DNA from: Utricularia gibba
Lineage: Eukaryota > Plantae > Magnoliophyta
Assembly (NCBI GenBank): GCA_002189035.1
Contig: NEEC01000017.1
Coordinates: forward strand, 434,001 to 498,000
Length of the DNA: 64,000 nucleotides
Direction of reading: 5' to 3'
Shown here in pieces: positions 62,272 to 64,000 of this stretch. The notes under the pieces were generated by a model. The model saw only the letters and a program-made list of their open reading frames with translations. It did not search any database and was not told the origin of the DNA. Each line of letters starts with the position of its first letter. Position 1 is the stretch's first letter. The position numbers and the translations under genes were made by a program.

Positions 62272-63484
62272 TTACGCACAGGGGACATGCTTGTTGAAGA
62301 AGGTGAGGAGAAGGTTGTTGACTTGCAGAGGGAGTTGTTCTTGAGCGAAATGTGTTCCATGGGGAAGGAACTCGATTTCAAGATCAGGAACATATCTCTT
62401 CACATCCCCATTTCTTATATACTCTTCAAGCCCTGCAAATTTCATGGCGTAGTCCTTCTCCCCAACTATCAGTAAACAGGGAACCTTCACCTTCACCTCA
62501 TCAACACCATAATCCTCAAGCCATGCCCTGCAAAGATCGAAAACTGTTTTCACAGGGTCATCCTTGTTTTGGTTAACTTTGGTGGTCGTGTTCACCTGTA
62601 GGGAACCTGTAGTGCTGTTTCGAAACCAGATTTTGTGTAGAGAGAAGCGTAGATATCGAGATCATGGTGTGTGAACCAGTGAGGGAGGGGGTTGCAGGAT
62701 CCACTAAGTCCATAATTTCTTGATCCGCCGCCGCAACCGGAAGCTCGCTGCCGGAGAAGAGAATGTAGATGTTCCTTATCACTGTTTTCACATCAAAGCG
62801 TGCGAAGTCCTTCTCAGCTCTCAATGGCTCCTGCAAGAAAGCAGCATTTAAATGGATGAATTTTCTGGTAGCGTGTTGTGATTATTGCGGAGATGGTTTT
62901 TGAGGGGACTTGCTTGCCATCTCAACATGTAGAACCCACTGGGGAGATCATCTTTAGGGAACGCCGCTGGTCCGGCGAGCATGAACGGCACACCGATGGT
63001 GGCGACGGCCGCCAGTCGATTTGGATGGTGTAAAGCAAAATGATAAACAACTCTGGCTCCAAAGTCTTTACCAACCAGTAGAATCTGCATGATCCCCAAT
63101 TAGAAAACGCTATTTTGATTCTCGATTCAAACGACACCCAAAACCCTACCTTTTTGAGGTCGAGATTGTCGATTAAACACAGAAGATCGTCGACGAGATC
63201 CTGGAAGCTGGCTTTATGGGGCTCCGGCGGCTTCTCTGATAGGCCGTAGCCGCGTGCATCCGGTGTAATTGCACGGAACCCCGCGGCGGCGGCGGCCAGC
63301 ATCTGGTGCCGCCATGAGTACCATATCTCCGGGAAGCCATGAATGAAGAGCACCGGCGGGCCTGAAGATAACAATTAGAAATCTCGAAGGGATTTAACCG
63401 AAAAGTTTACAGACCTGATCCAATCTCTGCTACATGAATTTTCAGGCCTCTGACATCAATGAAACTATGCCGAATTTCGTCCAT
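62272..63484 (-). CDS. Soluble epoxide hydrolase (alpha/beta hydrolase), 5 exons; apparent 1-nt frameshift at 62687-62691; one GC-AG intron
   Basis: MDEIRHSFIDVRGLKIHVAEIG, VLFIHGFPEIWYSWRHQM, PDARGYGLS, VGKDFGA nucleophile, IVGEKD, GTHFAQEQ. Confidence 0.92.
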
Positions 63485-63701
63485 TTTTGAAGAACAGGGT
63501 TGTATTGCATCAGAACCAGATATTTTAAAGGCCACAAAACATCTCGAAATCGATGATTAACAGTAAGTTCCACTGTAGTTAGTTAAATTCTCCGATCTGT
63601 CAGTACAAGAGTTTCGGTTTACAGAGACAATGGAAAGCAAGACAAAGAATCATGGCTGCTGTCTGAACGTTTTTTTGTTTGTATGATGAGCAGGGTGGAT
63701 G

Positions 63702-64000
63702 CTATTCTTTGAGTACAAAATGCTCAGCGTCCCCAAGCTCCAGTCCACTATCAGGCGACTGGTATCCACCCTGAAACAGCGACTCTATCTGCTCCAAAGA
63801 TTTCCCCTTTGTTTCGGGTACGAATTTGTAAGCAAACGCCACAGAGATTGCGGACAGAACAGAGAACACGAAGAATGTTCCACCAAAAGTGATGCTACGA
63901 GCAACCGAAAGGAACGACATTGCAATCAAGCCGCTGCAGATTCTATTGGCTACCGCTCCAAGAGCAGTTGCCTGTGCCCGGAGACGAAGAGGGAAGATTT
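63702..64000 (-). CDS. 3' end of an MFS sugar/polyol transporter (PLT4-like), 5' part outside the window
   Basis: RLRAQATALGAVANRICSGLIAMSFLSV..FVPETKGKSLEQIE. Confidence 0.85.
   Translation of the reverse strand, partial: IFPLRLRAQATALGAVANRICSGLIAMSFLSVARSITFGGTFFVFSVLSAISVAFAYKFVPETKGKSLEQIESLFQGGYQSPDSGLELGDAEHFVLKE

Noticed and set aside
6235-62691. Interpreting the frameshifted genes as pseudogenes or programmed frameshifting
   Set aside because: There is no other decay, no slippery-heptamer/structure pattern, and a uniform one-base loss in G/C runs; a sequencing artefact is more parsimonious.

Overview
Gene-dense euchromatic window of a flowering-plant nuclear genome. Most introns are about 70-130 nt and many spacers are only a few hundred bp, so the genome looks compact (a Lentibulariaceae-like compact eudicot is a guess only). 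I could build 21 complete spliced or intronless genes by hand plus the 3' end of a 22nd. In order: MATE, plastid RPL12, LSF1, L-aspartate oxidase, KLCR TPR protein, polygalacturonase, FDH, SAMHD1/VEN4, Raf-like CBC-type kinase, TM9SF, selenium-binding protein, TypA GTPase, PPR, SWI2/CHR9, an unknown membrane protein, LLG, a DTW-domain protein, RMA RING ligase, CAAX-protease-like protein, F-box/FBD, epoxide hydrolase and a polyol transporter. The strongest hidden pattern is nine single-base shortfalls, all in G/C homopolymers, that break 8 otherwise intact genes; these are most likely long-read consensus errors. I also found an hAT-type MITE with a perfect 8-bp TSD in the polygalacturonase promoter, other MITE-like elements, two GC-AG introns, short uORFs, local duplications and an unexplained ~700-bp block between LSF1 and AO. 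No rRNA, tRNA or CRISPR feature was seen, and I cannot support a clearly novel multi-gene system from the sequence alone.
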